This document shows positions 26,928 to 35,724 of a stretch of DNA of 39,189 nucleotides, in pieces. The translations under genes were made by a program, and so were the position numbers. The DNA is from a virus (lineage: Duplodnaviria > Caudoviricetes). Location of the stretch: positions 1 through 39,189 of the IMG/VR virus record IMGVR_UViG_3300045837_000068; one strand, 5' to 3'. Below the pieces are notes generated by a model. That model was not told the DNA's origin. It saw nothing but the letters and a program-made list of their open reading frames with translations, and searched no databases. Numbering within the stretch: the first letter of the stretch is position 1; the number at the start of each line of letters is the position of its first letter.

Positions 26928-27509
26928 ATGGACGAACACCTGAGGCGCTTAATCCACGGTTTGAAAGCCCGCAGGACCGGCGCAGGCTGGATTGCCCGCT
27001 GTCCCGCGCATGAGGACAAGACGCCATCGCTTTCGATTCGCGAGGGCCGCACGCGGGAAGTCGTGCTGCACTGCCATGCGGGCTGTCCCCAGGACGCCGT
27101 AATCGAAGCGCTCAGGGCGCGGGGCTTGTGGCCCGAGCGCGAACCGGAGCGGAACGGACAGCCGTACGCCGATCCGGAATGGGCCGAAGACGCGAAGCTG
27201 CGCGTTCCGTTCTGGCGCCGGGCCTGTATCGTGATGTGCGATGACGCGCTCGTCGATTTATGCGGGCGCTGGGAAACGGCGGACGATCCGACGGAGCGAA
27301 TGATCCTGGCCGAGGCGGTAAAACCATTGACCGAATTGCGGGCGCTCTGCTGGAGTCAGTCGAGCGACTGGTCGCTCGTCTCGCGTTATCGCGAAATGCG
27401 CGCCGCCAATCCGGATTTGGCGGCGGGACTGGTCTATGCGGGCCAGCGTTCGCGCGTTCGGGTGGAAGACCGGCTGGCGCGGTTCATTCTGCGGGAGTCG
27501 GAAAAATGA
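26928..27509 (+). CDS. Primase-type zinc-binding domain protein (no catalytic primase domain seen)
   Basis: WIARCPAHEDKTPSLSI...LHCHAGC motif. Confidence 0.8.
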   Translation: MDEHLRRLIHGLKARRTGAGWIARCPAHEDKTPSLSIREGRTREVVLHCHAGCPQDAVIEALRARGLWPEREPERNGQPYADPEWAEDAKLRVPFWRRACIVMCDDALVDLCGRWETADDPTERMILAEAVKPLTELRALCWSQSSDWSLVSRYREMRAANPDLAAGLVYAGQRSRVRVEDRLARFILRESEK

Positions 27510-28540
27510 GCAAGCCGAACGGCCACGACATTCACTCGGCGGAAGCGCGCCAGATGCTGCGTACAGGCAAAATACCCGAACCGCCGAAACCTGTCTTTAC
27601 CTGGGCCAGCGTGCCGTGCGTGTTCGACTTCGAGGCGCATGTTACCTGGCTGGTGGCTGATCTGATTCCCGAAGCGGCCATCACTCTGATAACGGGCGAC
27701 GCGGGAACCGGCAAATCGATTTTCGCCACCGCGCTCGCGGGCGCGATTGTTCGCGGCGAAGCGTTTCTGGGCTTCGAATCCCAGCGGCGCAGGGTGGTCT
27801 ATCTGGACCGGGAAAACCCGCTGGCGGTGGTAAAGCAGCATCTGAACGATCTGTACATCACGCGTACGGCGGATCTGATTTACTGGGGCGGCTGGTGCGA
27901 GGTTCAGGCTGATGGGCCGGGCGCCGCCAGCCTGATCGAACTGGCGGCGGCGGAAAAACCGCTGTTCATTTTCGATTCGCTGATCGCGTTCAATCCGGGC
28001 GACGAACAGGACGCGACGGAAACGCGCGGCTTTCTGCGATTGTTCCGGCGGCTCGCCAACGCCGGGGCCACGGTCGTGATTCTGCACCACACCGGCAAAT
28101 GCGAAAACGCCAAAGACTATCGCGGCTCAAGCGACATCATCGCGTCCGTCGATATCGCCTGGAAACTTTCGAAAGGCGGCGAAGCGGCGGGGCCGCTGGG
28201 CGATCTGAAGCTGACGCCGTTCAAAAACCGCATCGGATCGGCGCGCCCGCTTTTCTTCCGCTTTGAATCCGGCGCATTTATGCCGCCCCTGGGGCCGGAA
28301 GCGCCGAAGCCGCCGATTGAAATTCTGCGCGCCATCATTCGCGTGAATCCCGGCCTGAGCGGGCGCAAACTCAAAGCGCTGGTCATGGAACAGGGAATTT
28401 CCAAGCACAAAACCGAAGAAATGCTGGCCGAGGGGCTGAAGAGAGGCGAATTCGAACTGACCGGGCGCGGCGGTTTCAAGCTGGGGGAATCCCGGCTTGA
28501 TTACGACTGTCCCGGCGAACCGGGACAGTGTCCCGAATGA
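27506..28540 (+). CDS. RepA/AAA_25-type replicative helicase with a probable C-terminal wHTH
   Basis: WLV..LIP, Walker A GDAGTGKS, VVYLDREN, Walker B FIFDSL, ILHHTGK, RGSSDI and KNR motifs; start by ATGA overlap. Confidence 0.9.
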   Translation: MSKPNGHDIHSAEARQMLRTGKIPEPPKPVFTWASVPCVFDFEAHVTWLVADLIPEAAITLITGDAGTGKSIFATALAGAIVRGEAFLGFESQRRRVVYLDRENPLAVVKQHLNDLYITRTADLIYWGGWCEVQADGPGAASLIELAAAEKPLFIFDSLIAFNPGDEQDATETRGFLRLFRRLANAGATVVILHHTGKCENAKDYRGSSDIIASVDIAWKLSKGGEAAGPLGDLKLTPFKNRIGSARPLFFRFESGAFMPPLGPEAPKPPIEILRAIIRVNPGLSGRKLKALVMEQGISKHKTEEMLAEGLKRGEFELTGRGGFKLGESRLDYDCPGEPGQCPE

Positions 28541-28730
28541 CCGGGACATCCCGTGAACAGGCTATGTCCCGGCGAGTGTCCCGGCGAGGGCCTCCGGGAC
28601 ACTTTCCGGGACACCTTAAATCCAATGGCATCAACAAAAACTCGGGAGTGTCCCGGAAATACTCCCCCTATATAGGGACCGAAAAACCGGGACAGTCGTG
28701 CGGCTTCCGGGAACGTTAGCGTCCCGGGGC
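28508..28730. repeat. Iteron cluster (TGTCCCGG / CCGGGACA), putative replication origin
   Basis: At least 10 copies of the octamer in both orientations at the helicase 3' end, a CCCTATATAGGG palindrome at 28666..28677, and an AT-rich tract downstream. Confidence 0.75.
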
Positions 28731-28880
28731 TATACGGGAAAAGCGCCACCCTGGGTTCGCGCCCGCTGTCACTTAAAAATTTATAAATGGGGCGATATAA
28801 ATTGCATACCCGTGGCGGGTGCGCCATATAATCACCAGTCAGATTGAAACACTACAGGGCGATGTTCCGTAAGATGAAAC

Positions 28881-29087
28881 ATGACTAAACGGGACCGAAG
28901 CGACGCCAGTCAACGGCTGACAATCACGCCGCGCGAATCGACCCGCATCACCGGCATCGGCCTGAACGCCACTTATGCGCTGCTCAAAAGCGGCGAAATG
29001 CCCGCCATCCACACGGGCAAGCGGTATTACATCCCGCGCGCCGCGCTCGTGCGCTGGCTGGAAACGGTGGGAGCAAAGACGGCCTGA
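28881..29087 (+). CDS. Second excisionase-like (HTH_17-type) DNA-binding protein
   Basis: TITPRE...ITGIG.NATY.LLKSGEMPAI..GKRYYIPRAAL..WL motif. Confidence 0.85.
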   Translation: MTKRDRSDASQRLTITPRESTRITGIGLNATYALLKSGEMPAIHTGKRYYIPRAALVRWLETVGAKTA

Positions 29088-29106
29088 AAAAGACGAAGGA
29101 ATCACC

Positions 29107-29709
29107 ATGAAAGAACCAAACAATTACGAACGATGGGGAATGGCTGCGGCGATCCCTGGCCTGCAACTGGCCATAGATCAATTGCAGGCGTATCTCGACC
29201 GGATACGCGCGGCGGTGAACGGACTGGCGCAAATGGAAATCGCGGAGACGATTCCCGGCGAAGCGAAGAAACGCGGGCCGAAGCCGGGCAGCCTGGATCA
29301 CGCCACGGCAAGCGAGCGGAATAAATCCTACTGGGCGAAGATGACGCCGGAAGAGCGCTCGAAGGAAATGGAGCGCCGTTATCTGGTGTCCATCGGCAAA
29401 GCGCCATCAAAGGCCGAGCAGCCATGGCGGCGAAAGCAGGCGGGAAAACGGGGACCGGCGCGGCGCTACCGACAGGAGGACGGCGCGAAATCCACGAAAT
29501 CGAAGTCGCTCACTCCGAAGGCGCGCAAAAAAGTGGGCGAGGGCCAGCGCGCGGCCTGGGCGAATTACTCGCCAGCAGAACGCCAGCGGCGGATTAACGC
29601 GGCGCTGGAAGGCCGCGAGCACGCGAAGCGGGTGCGGGCGGCGCAACAGGCGGCGAAAACGCGCAAGGCGAACAAGACCGAAGCCGGACCGCAGGTGGTG
29701 GCGGCATGA
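29107..29709 (+). CDS. Basic putative nucleoid/DNA-binding protein
   Basis: N-terminal coiled coil, KRGPKP hook, two WA..(T/S)P.ER repeats, Lys/Arg-rich; AAGGA RBS. Confidence 0.7.
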   Translation: MKEPNNYERWGMAAAIPGLQLAIDQLQAYLDRIRAAVNGLAQMEIAETIPGEAKKRGPKPGSLDHATASERNKSYWAKMTPEERSKEMERRYLVSIGKAPSKAEQPWRRKQAGKRGPARRYRQEDGAKSTKSKSLTPKARKKVGEGQRAAWANYSPAERQRRINAALEGREHAKRVRAAQQAAKTRKANKTEAGPQVVAA

Positions 29710-30080
29710 CCGACCGCAAATACACCGCGCTTTCCTCGCGCGGCTATAACATGCTGCGTTACTTCGTCACGGAAGTTTCGAAGGATCACGTCTCAATCGA
29801 CGAAGCCCAGCATCTGGACCAGCGGCCATTCCGTTCCATGCTGATCCGGAAATGGATCGCGTATACGCCGGGCAAGGGCTTCCACGCGACGAAGGAGGGA
29901 CGGGACGCATGGCGCAGTTACGAAACGCAGTCCATTTTGCGCTCGGAAGGATTGTTTTTGCGGCCACTGACTTCCTACTTCGACGCAAACGCCTATGGAC
30001 TCAAACCACAGCGGGAAAAAAAAGAACCGGCGCGGGCCAGTAACGTCCGCGAATTCGTGAAGCGGAGACACGTGGCGTAG
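29706..30080 (+). CDS. Hypothetical protein, possibly winged-helix
   Basis: ATGA overlap; SMLIRKWI....GFHATKEG resembles a wHTH wing. Confidence 0.65.
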   Translation: MTDRKYTALSSRGYNMLRYFVTEVSKDHVSIDEAQHLDQRPFRSMLIRKWIAYTPGKGFHATKEGRDAWRSYETQSILRSEGLFLRPLTSYFDANAYGLKPQREKKEPARASNVREFVKRRHVA

Positions 30081-30087
30081 GGCGTAA

Positions 30088-30336
30088 ATGATCCGCGTCC
30101 GCGCCTGGCAGAACCGGCGGCTGGTATTCGACGCGCCCGCGCCGGACGTGGAACATTCGGGCGCGATCATGGGCGAGGCGGTCGCGTCCATCCTGAATCT
30201 GCTCGAACCGCACCTGATTGAAATCGACTTCGGACCGGGCGCTGAACCGGCGCGCTATCTGCGCATCGGTTCGGACGCCAGCATGATGATCGATCCGATG
30301 GAACTGAACCTCGACGATGGAAAACCACCCAACTAA
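30088..30336 (+). CDS. Hypothetical protein
   Basis: Tightly packed in the plus-strand operon. Confidence 0.6.
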   Translation: MIRVRAWQNRRLVFDAPAPDVEHSGAIMGEAVASILNLLEPHLIEIDFGPGAEPARYLRIGSDASMMIDPMELNLDDGKPPN

Positions 30337-30568
30337 CAACATCAAAAAGACCCATAACATCGGCGAAGTGCTGGAGGCGATGTTATCCGATCTCGAAAAC
30401 AACGCGGCGCTGGCCCATGAAGCCGGTGTGGATCTGAACGCAACCCATGACGGCGGCGTCGCGGAATCGAATAGTATCCACCGGCTGAGGACCGCGCTCG
30501 AACGCGCCGGGATGCTGGTTCGCAATGCGCTGGTACTGATCGAAATGCTCGAATCGCGGCATGAATGA
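30317..30568 (+). CDS. Hypothetical helical protein
   Basis: Overlaps its neighbours; coding-like composition. Confidence 0.55.
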   Translation: MENHPTNNIKKTHNIGEVLEAMLSDLENNAALAHEAGVDLNATHDGGVAESNSIHRLRTALERAGMLVRNALVLIEMLESRHE

Positions 30569-30807
30569 ACGCGCGAAGATGTATCGTGCTCAAACTGCTC
30601 ATCGGGCGCGAGCTGCTTCCCTCCGAACTCGAACCGCCCTGCGTGGTGTGGAAGGATGGCGCCTATGTCGCGTGGGTGATCGACGTCTCGCCCGACGAAG
30701 TCGTGCTGTGGGCCGGGATTCCAAAGCACGTCTTCCGGCTGCGCCGCAAAGGCGAATCGCTCGCCGACGAGGAAGGCGAAGTCCGGCTCTACGAATATCG
30801 GGGCTGA
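30565..30807 (+). CDS. Hypothetical protein
   Basis: ATGA overlap with the previous gene. Confidence 0.6.
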   Translation: MNARRCIVLKLLIGRELLPSELEPPCVVWKDGAYVAWVIDVSPDEVVLWAGIPKHVFRLRRKGESLADEEGEVRLYEYRG

Positions 30808-30893
30808 TTCAAATTGACCGCTTGCGCTCGCGGTTACGGTAATCGTGGAGCTGGTGCGGCTGTGGCGGCGCTGAGATGTAATCTGAAAGACCG

Positions 30894-31100
30894 ATGGGCG
30901 GGGCCGCCACCGGCGAGCGCGAAGTCGAGGCCATCTGGACCGTCGAGGTCTATATCGACGACATCTGGCTTCCCTCCGGACAGTTTTGTCTTATTCGCGA
31001 AGAGGCGGTGAAGAAAATGCGCCGCTGGATTCGCGCGGACAAGACGGTGAAACGCGAGGCGCGGTATCGCGTCACGGAATGGCGGCGGAACGGGAGTTGA
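30894..31100 (+). CDS. Hypothetical protein
   Basis: W.VEV....W......YRV..W pattern; start position uncertain. Confidence 0.5.
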   Translation: MGGAATGEREVEAIWTVEVYIDDIWLPSGQFCLIREEAVKKMRRWIRADKTVKREARYRVTEWRRNGS

Positions 31101-31101
31101 A

Positions 31102-31242
31102 ATGGACGCGGAATTCATCCTGCGCGAAATCGCCGAAGTGGTCATCATTGTCGGCCTCGTGATCGACTGCATCCTGCTCTGGCTGAATGACCGGCGCCAG
31201 TCGCGCATCGAGGAAATGCTGCGCCTGCGCAACCCGCGCTGA
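31102..31242 (+). CDS. 46-aa single-pass membrane peptide (not in ORF track)
   Basis: GGGAG RBS; MDAEFILREIAEVVIIVGLVIDCILLWLNDRRQSRIEEMLRLRNPR. Confidence 0.6.
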   Translation: MDAEFILREIAEVVIIVGLVIDCILLWLNDRRQSRIEEMLRLRNPR

Positions 31243-31377
31243 ATCGCGATAGCATTCTCCCAGACGCCACCATGGGCCGCGCGCCGGTGGCTCTCGGCGG
31301 AGCGCGGCCTCGCCTGAGCGCCCGCGCGGGCCTCCAAACTTCAACCGCGCGGGCGCTTTCGCGTCTATCATCGATTC

Positions 31378-34098
31378 GTGACTATCCCCGGCGCGATTGG
31401 CCAGCTGCTGCCCGTCTGCTGCGTGACTGTCGCGGAAGAAACGGTTACGCTCGATCCCGCGTTCATCGGCGGCCTCGGGCCGGTAGCTTACGCCGCTTTT
31501 CGCTGGCCCAATGCGGCGCGAACGTCGCAGGCGACGCCGGTTTACACCGGCATGGGCGACTCGGCCAGCTCGGCCTCGGTCACGATCAACGTTCCGGCTG
31601 TCGGGCGTCTGATCGTCGCTTATGTCTATGCCTGGCAGGACACGCCTTCGGGCGGGCGAACGCAGCCGACGCCGCAATCCGTTACCGATAATCGCGGGAA
31701 CGCATGGACGATAGCGAGCGGAACCTATGGCGGCTCGGCATGGCACGCCACGCCGACCCTCAACGCCTCGGTTCTCGTCGCGTATGCGGTGGCGGCTTAT
31801 TCCGGCAATACCGTCATCACCGTGAGTTTCGTTCCCGGCGGCGGCTGGAATGAAGTCTTTCTCGCGGCCTCGACTTATTCGGGCGATGGCCCGGTCTCGG
31901 TCACGGCGCGCGTCGCCGGGATGGGACAACTGCCGTTCGATGCTTATGCGGGCGATCTCGCGGCGGGCATTCAGTTCGCGCGCCCCGGAGGAACGGGCAC
32001 CGCGAACATCACCGGCTTCCGCTCGCCCTGGCTTTGCGAAGCGGTGTATTCCAACGTCGGGACGGGCGGCTCGACCAACTGCGCGGCGTATCTGCCAACC
32101 GTCATCGCGGCGGCTTACGCCATCGTTCCCGCGCCTGTGGGGCCGCCGGTCGCGTTCGCGCTGCGCATCAACGCGGCTGGACCCGACTATCGCGACTCGC
32201 GCGCGAACGACTGGCTCGCGGACCGCTATTACATCGGCGGCAATGAGTGGCAGTTCGGCGACGCCATCGCCAACACCGCCGATCCCTTCCTGTTTCAGTC
32301 GCTGCGCTGGGCGCAATCGTTCAGTTATCAGATCCCTTCCGTTGAGAATGGCAATTACGAAATCACCCTGCTCATGGTCGAGGACCATTCGTGGGCTGGC
32401 GTCGGCCATCGCGTCTTCAGCGTCCTCGTGGGCGGCCTCATGTACGACGAGCATGTGGATATCTACAAGCGCGCGGGCGGGGCCTTCAGCGCGCTCTATG
32501 GCGTCTATCCGGCGCGCGTGACGGCGGGCGCGCTCACGCTCGCCTTCACCGGCATTGTCATCGACGCCTCGCTCTCCGGGATTCAGATCGTCAAAGTGGA
32601 GAAACTTTCGCTGCGCGTCAACTGCGGCGGGCCGGGCTATACCGATCCGCGCGGCAATTACTGGCAGCAGGATCGCAGCTGGTACGGCGACACCGGCTCC
32701 TGGTCGAACGATCAACCCATCACCGGAACCGACATGCAGCCGCTCTATCAGACGAAGCGCTACAGCGTCGGCTGGATGAGCTGGATGCTCGCCGCGCCCA
32801 ATGGCTGGTACGACGTGACCCTGCATTTCGCGGAACTGGTGGATGCAACCGCGCCCGGCGCGCGCGTGTTCAGCTTTACCATCAACGGCGGCCCGGCGGA
32901 TTCGGGAAGCCTCCCGCCGACTGCAACCGGCTTCGATGTGCGGGCGCTCGCGGGCGCTCCGCGCTCGGCCATCCAGCGCACTTACCGGATCGAGATCACA
33001 GCCAGTCGCGTCGACATTCTGTTCAGCGGAACCCAGGCGAACGGTCCCATCCTCAACGCGATTGAAATGGTCGAGGCCGAAGCGCCGCCCGCGCCGCCGG
33101 GGCCGGTCGCTTACGTCCTGCGCGTCAACATCGGCGGCGGAGCGCAGAGTTACGGCGGCGTCGACTGGCAGGCCGAGAACACTGCCTGGTACGCGCAGTA
33201 CGGAGGAATCCAGTCGACCACGCAGGCCATTCAGGGAACCACCGCGACCATGGGCCAGGCGCTGTTCCAGTCGAACCGCATCGGCTCGGGCGGCGTGATT
33301 GACTTGCGGATTCCGGTCCCGCCCAATGTCTACCGCGCGCGCCTGCACTTCGCCGAGATCGAAGCCGCCATCACGGCGGCGGGCCAGCGGCGTTTCTACA
33401 TCCGCCAGAACGGATTCAATCCCTTCAATCTCCAGTTCTCGGGCTATACCTTCGAGGCCGACTTCGATATCTACGCCCGCGCGCCGGGACGTTATCAGGT
33501 CTACTCGGTTACGAGTCCGCCCCTGCGCGTTACCGCGTCCGGCTTCCAGCTGTTTCTTTCCGGCCTCGCCAATCAACCGGCGCTGAACGCGCTCGAAATC
33601 ATCGAGGACGTCGAGGCCTTCGTGCCCATCCGCGTCAACTGCGGCGGCTGGGCCAACGCGGCGGAAGGCGACTATCCCAATCAGCCGGGCCGGGATTTCT
33701 GGGCCGACTACAGTTACACCGGCGGCGGGACTTACTTCGGCTCGGCGCCCGTGCTCAATCACGGCGGCTTGCAGGATATCTACCAGTCGGAACGCTGGGG
33801 CGTCTTCACTTACGAATTCCGCGTGCCCAACGGAACTTATAACGTGACCCTGAAGTTCGCCGAGATCGCATTTACCGCCAGCAACATGCGGCGCTTCAGC
33901 GTGTTGGTTAATGGCGCGCTCGCGATTGACAATCTGGATGTCTGGGCGGCGGGCGTCGCCATCTCGGGCAACACCCAGTTTCCGACTGCGGTGGATCGCG
34001 TCATCACGGTCGCGGTCACGGACTACCGCATCAAAATCGAAATGGTTCCGATCCTTGAGAACCCGAAGCTGTCGGGCATCCAGATTCTCGCGGCCTGA
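31378..34098 (+). CDS. Large protein with an N-terminal beta-rich domain and four tandem malectin-like domains
   Basis: Four R(I/V)N.GG...W.AD...(L/I)(Y/F)Q(S/T).R...NG.Y.VTL.FAE...R.F...(NA/SG)I(E/Q)I units starting near 32161, 32611, 33118 and 33628. Confidence 0.88.
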   Translation: MTIPGAIGQLLPVCCVTVAEETVTLDPAFIGGLGPVAYAAFRWPNAARTSQATPVYTGMGDSASSASVTINVPAVGRLIVAYVYAWQDTPSGGRTQPTPQSVTDNRGNAWTIASGTYGGSAWHATPTLNASVLVAYAVAAYSGNTVITVSFVPGGGWNEVFLAASTYSGDGPVSVTARVAGMGQLPFDAYAGDLAAGIQFARPGGTGTANITGFRSPWLCEAVYSNVGTGGSTNCAAYLPTVIAAAYAIVPAPVGPPVAFALRINAAGPDYRDSRANDWLADRYYIGGNEWQFGDAIANTADPFLFQSLRWAQSFSYQIPSVENGNYEITLLMVEDHSWAGVGHRVFSVLVGGLMYDEHVDIYKRAGGAFSALYGVYPARVTAGALTLAFTGIVIDASLSGIQIVKVEKLSLRVNCGGPGYTDPRGNYWQQDRSWYGDTGSWSNDQPITGTDMQPLYQTKRYSVGWMSWMLAAPNGWYDVTLHFAELVDATAPGARVFSFTINGGPADSGSLPPTATGFDVRALAGAPRSAIQRTYRIEITASRVDILFSGTQANGPILNAIEMVEAEAPPAPPGPVAYVLRVNIGGGAQSYGGVDWQAENTAWYAQYGGIQSTTQAIQGTTATMGQALFQSNRIGSGGVIDLRIPVPPNVYRARLHFAEIEAAITAAGQRRFYIRQNGFNPFNLQFSGYTFEADFDIYARAPGRYQVYSVTSPPLRVTASGFQLFLSGLANQPALNALEIIEDVEAFVPIRVNCGGWANAAEGDYPNQPGRDFWADYSYTGGGTYFGSAPVLNHGGLQDIYQSERWGVFTYEFRVPNGTYNVTLKFAEIAFTASNMRRFSVLVNGALAIDNLDVWAAGVAISGNTQFPTAVDRVITVAVTDYRIKIEMVPILENPKLSGIQILAA

Positions 34099-34120
34099 GA
34101 TTTTTTTTCGGAGGGGGCCG

Positions 34121-34204
34121 ATGGAATGGCTGGTCGATTTCGCGGTGATTGTTTTTTGCCTGGGGCTGGTGATCTGGTGCGTCTGGTCGTGGCGCGCGAA
34201 ATAA
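34121..34204 (+). CDS. 27-aa hydrophobic membrane peptide
   Basis: GGAGG RBS; MEWLVDFAVIVFCLGLVIWCVWSWRAK. Confidence 0.5.
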   Translation: MEWLVDFAVIVFCLGLVIWCVWSWRAK

Positions 34205-34273
34205 AAACCAGGGGGCCATGGGCATGAGCGCGCGCGGGCCTCGCCCCTGATTTTCAGGGGGGGCATGTGGATA

Positions 34274-34305
34274 TGTCGCGGAAACCTCGCGTATAATTTG
34301 CGACA
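34274..34305 (+). promoter_or_regulatory. Candidate late promoter: TATAAT (34292..34297) inside the inverted repeat TGTCGC...GCGACA
   Basis: Perfect -10 hexamer in GC-rich DNA with no good -35 box; upstream of the repeat array and packaging genes. Confidence 0.45.
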
Positions 34306-34330
34306 GGTTCAGGCGGTCGGACCTACAGAA

Positions 34331-34765
34331 TTTCAAGCGGGACCGGGTGCTCGGAGTTTTTTATGGGGAGCGCGCCGGTTTTGCATCGGGGATCGTCCAG
34401 CATTTTCAGGCCGGGCCTCGCCCGTTTTTTGCGGGGCCTGCGCCGCGCTTTTTCACCGGGGCGTCCGCTCCATTTTCGTACCGGGCTGTCTGCTTTTTTG
34501 CGGGAGGCTGCGCCTGTTTTTCGCGGGGGCCTCGGCGCGTTTTTCGCGGGGGCCGCGCTCTCTTTTCGCGAGGGGCCGCGCCCTGTTTTGAACCGGGGCC
34601 TGCGTCCCGTTTTTGCGGGGAATGCCGCCTCTTGTTTGACGGGCGGGCCTGCGCTCGTTTTCGGAGGGGACTGCGTCCCGTTTTTGCGCCGGACGCGCGC
34701 GCGTTTCAAACGCGGGACGCGCGGCTTTTTTGAGCGGGCGCGTTTCGAATCGAGGGGCCTGTGGC
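34331..34765 (+). repeat. Degenerate tandem array of about 18 units of ~23 nt (T4-6 tract, G3-5 tract, C-YGC-G-YCY)
   Basis: T-tracts start near 34357, 34379, 34403, 34425, 34449, 34473, 34494, 34517, 34540, 34563, 34586, 34610, 34635, 34658, 34681, 34704 and 34726. Confidence 0.85.
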
Positions 34766-35135
34766 TTTAGAGCGGTCCCGCGTCGCCTGCACCTGGCCCG
34801 GCTGCTACGCGGTGGCCGTCCGGCACGGGCGCTGCGAGGCGCATGTCGCAGGCATGCGGCGCGGCACCTACTACGGACCGCAGACGTCCAACGGCGTACG
34901 CCGCTTCCGTCGCATCCGGCTTGGATTCCTCGCCGCCAATCCGCTTTGCGTCGAGTGCGCGAAGCGCAATATCCTCGAACCTTCCACAGTCCTCGACCAT
35001 AAGATTCCCCATCGCGGCGACGTGGATCTGTTCTGGGATTCGAATAACTGGCAGGCTTTGTGCAAGCCGTGCCACGACCGGAAGTCGGCCAGGGAATCGG
35101 ACGCCGGAATCCGTGGAGAGAATCATGCGCGCTGA
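34761..35135 (+). CDS. HNH endonuclease (terminase-associated, HK97 gp74-like)
   Basis: C..PGC, CEAH, NPLCVEC, VLDHKIPHRGD..LFWD.NNWQALCKPCHDRKS motifs; upstream of TerS. Confidence 0.92.
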   Translation: MALERSRVACTWPGCYAVAVRHGRCEAHVAGMRRGTYYGPQTSNGVRRFRRIRLGFLAANPLCVECAKRNILEPSTVLDHKIPHRGDVDLFWDSNNWQALCKPCHDRKSARESDAGIRGENHAR

Positions 35136-35724
35136 CTCTGACCAGGATTCCTGCGTGGAATACGCGGCGAGGATTCGCCAGGATGTTACCGGCTCGATCC
35201 CGATCCTTCCCTGGTCCTCCCGGCCCGACTCCCTCCCGGCCTGCCCGCGTCCGTCCCTCGCGCGCGGCGCCGAACTGAATCGCGCGAAACGAAATCGAAT
35301 TGTGAAATCGAATTCATTCGAATCGCGAATCGATTCCGTTCGTTCGCGCTCGAATCGCTCAGGCGTTTCGGAAGCGTCAAAGCCAAATCGGATTCAATCC
35401 GTTCGCATCGCCGACTCGAAGTCGCGCGACGAAATCGAGATTGCGAATTGTAATTCGAAAACAAAATTCGAAAAACGAAAGTTGACTTTGCGTTCGCGCG
35501 CGCCGAAGCCGCCGAAGCTGGCGCGCCGATCCGACGAAGGTTCGCCGCCAGCTTGCCGACTGCCCGAAGTTCCCCGGAACCCAAACCTCGCCGCACTCGC
35601 CGAGCTGGCGCGAACTCGTCGCGTCGAAGCTGAACTCAAGTCTCGAACTCGCGCGCGAGCTGAATCATCGTTCGCTTCACGTTCGCTTCGTCGAAGTGAA
35701 AGCCGAGCGGTCGCGCAAATCCCT

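Noticed and set aside
25534-28730. Shared TGTCC core between the attP arm sites and the origin iterons as a functional link
   Set aside because: Only 5-8 nt are shared in GC-rich DNA and the flanks differ (TTGTCCTGA versus TGTCCCGG), so chance cannot be excluded.
28802-28875. Sigma70 promoters upstream of the second HTH gene
   Set aside because: The candidate pairs TTGCAT/TATAAT and TTGAAA/TAAGAT have 19- and 20-nt spacers. A promoter is likely here, but I cannot define it.
12728-34098. Diversity-generating retroelement or invertible cassette acting on the malectin or fibre genes
   Set aside because: No reverse transcriptase or invertase gene is present. I saw no near-identical TR/VR pair differing at adenines, and the malectin copies are broadly divergent.
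31072-34266. 1064-aa minus-strand ORF, and other long antisense ORFs (1191..3083, 5899..7614, 9259..10806, 11281..12747, 13316..14737, 36618..37901, 37940..39181)
   Set aside because: These are shadows of well-supported plus-strand genes in high-GC DNA. They are Arg/Gly/Ala-rich and have no motifs.
34331-34765. CRISPR array or protein-coding repeat (ORFs 34265..34591, 34347..34733, 34363..34770, 34323..34709)
   Set aside because: There is no constant repeat with unique spacers and no cas genes. Several frames are open only because the repeat lacks stop codons, and the 23-nt period is out of frame.
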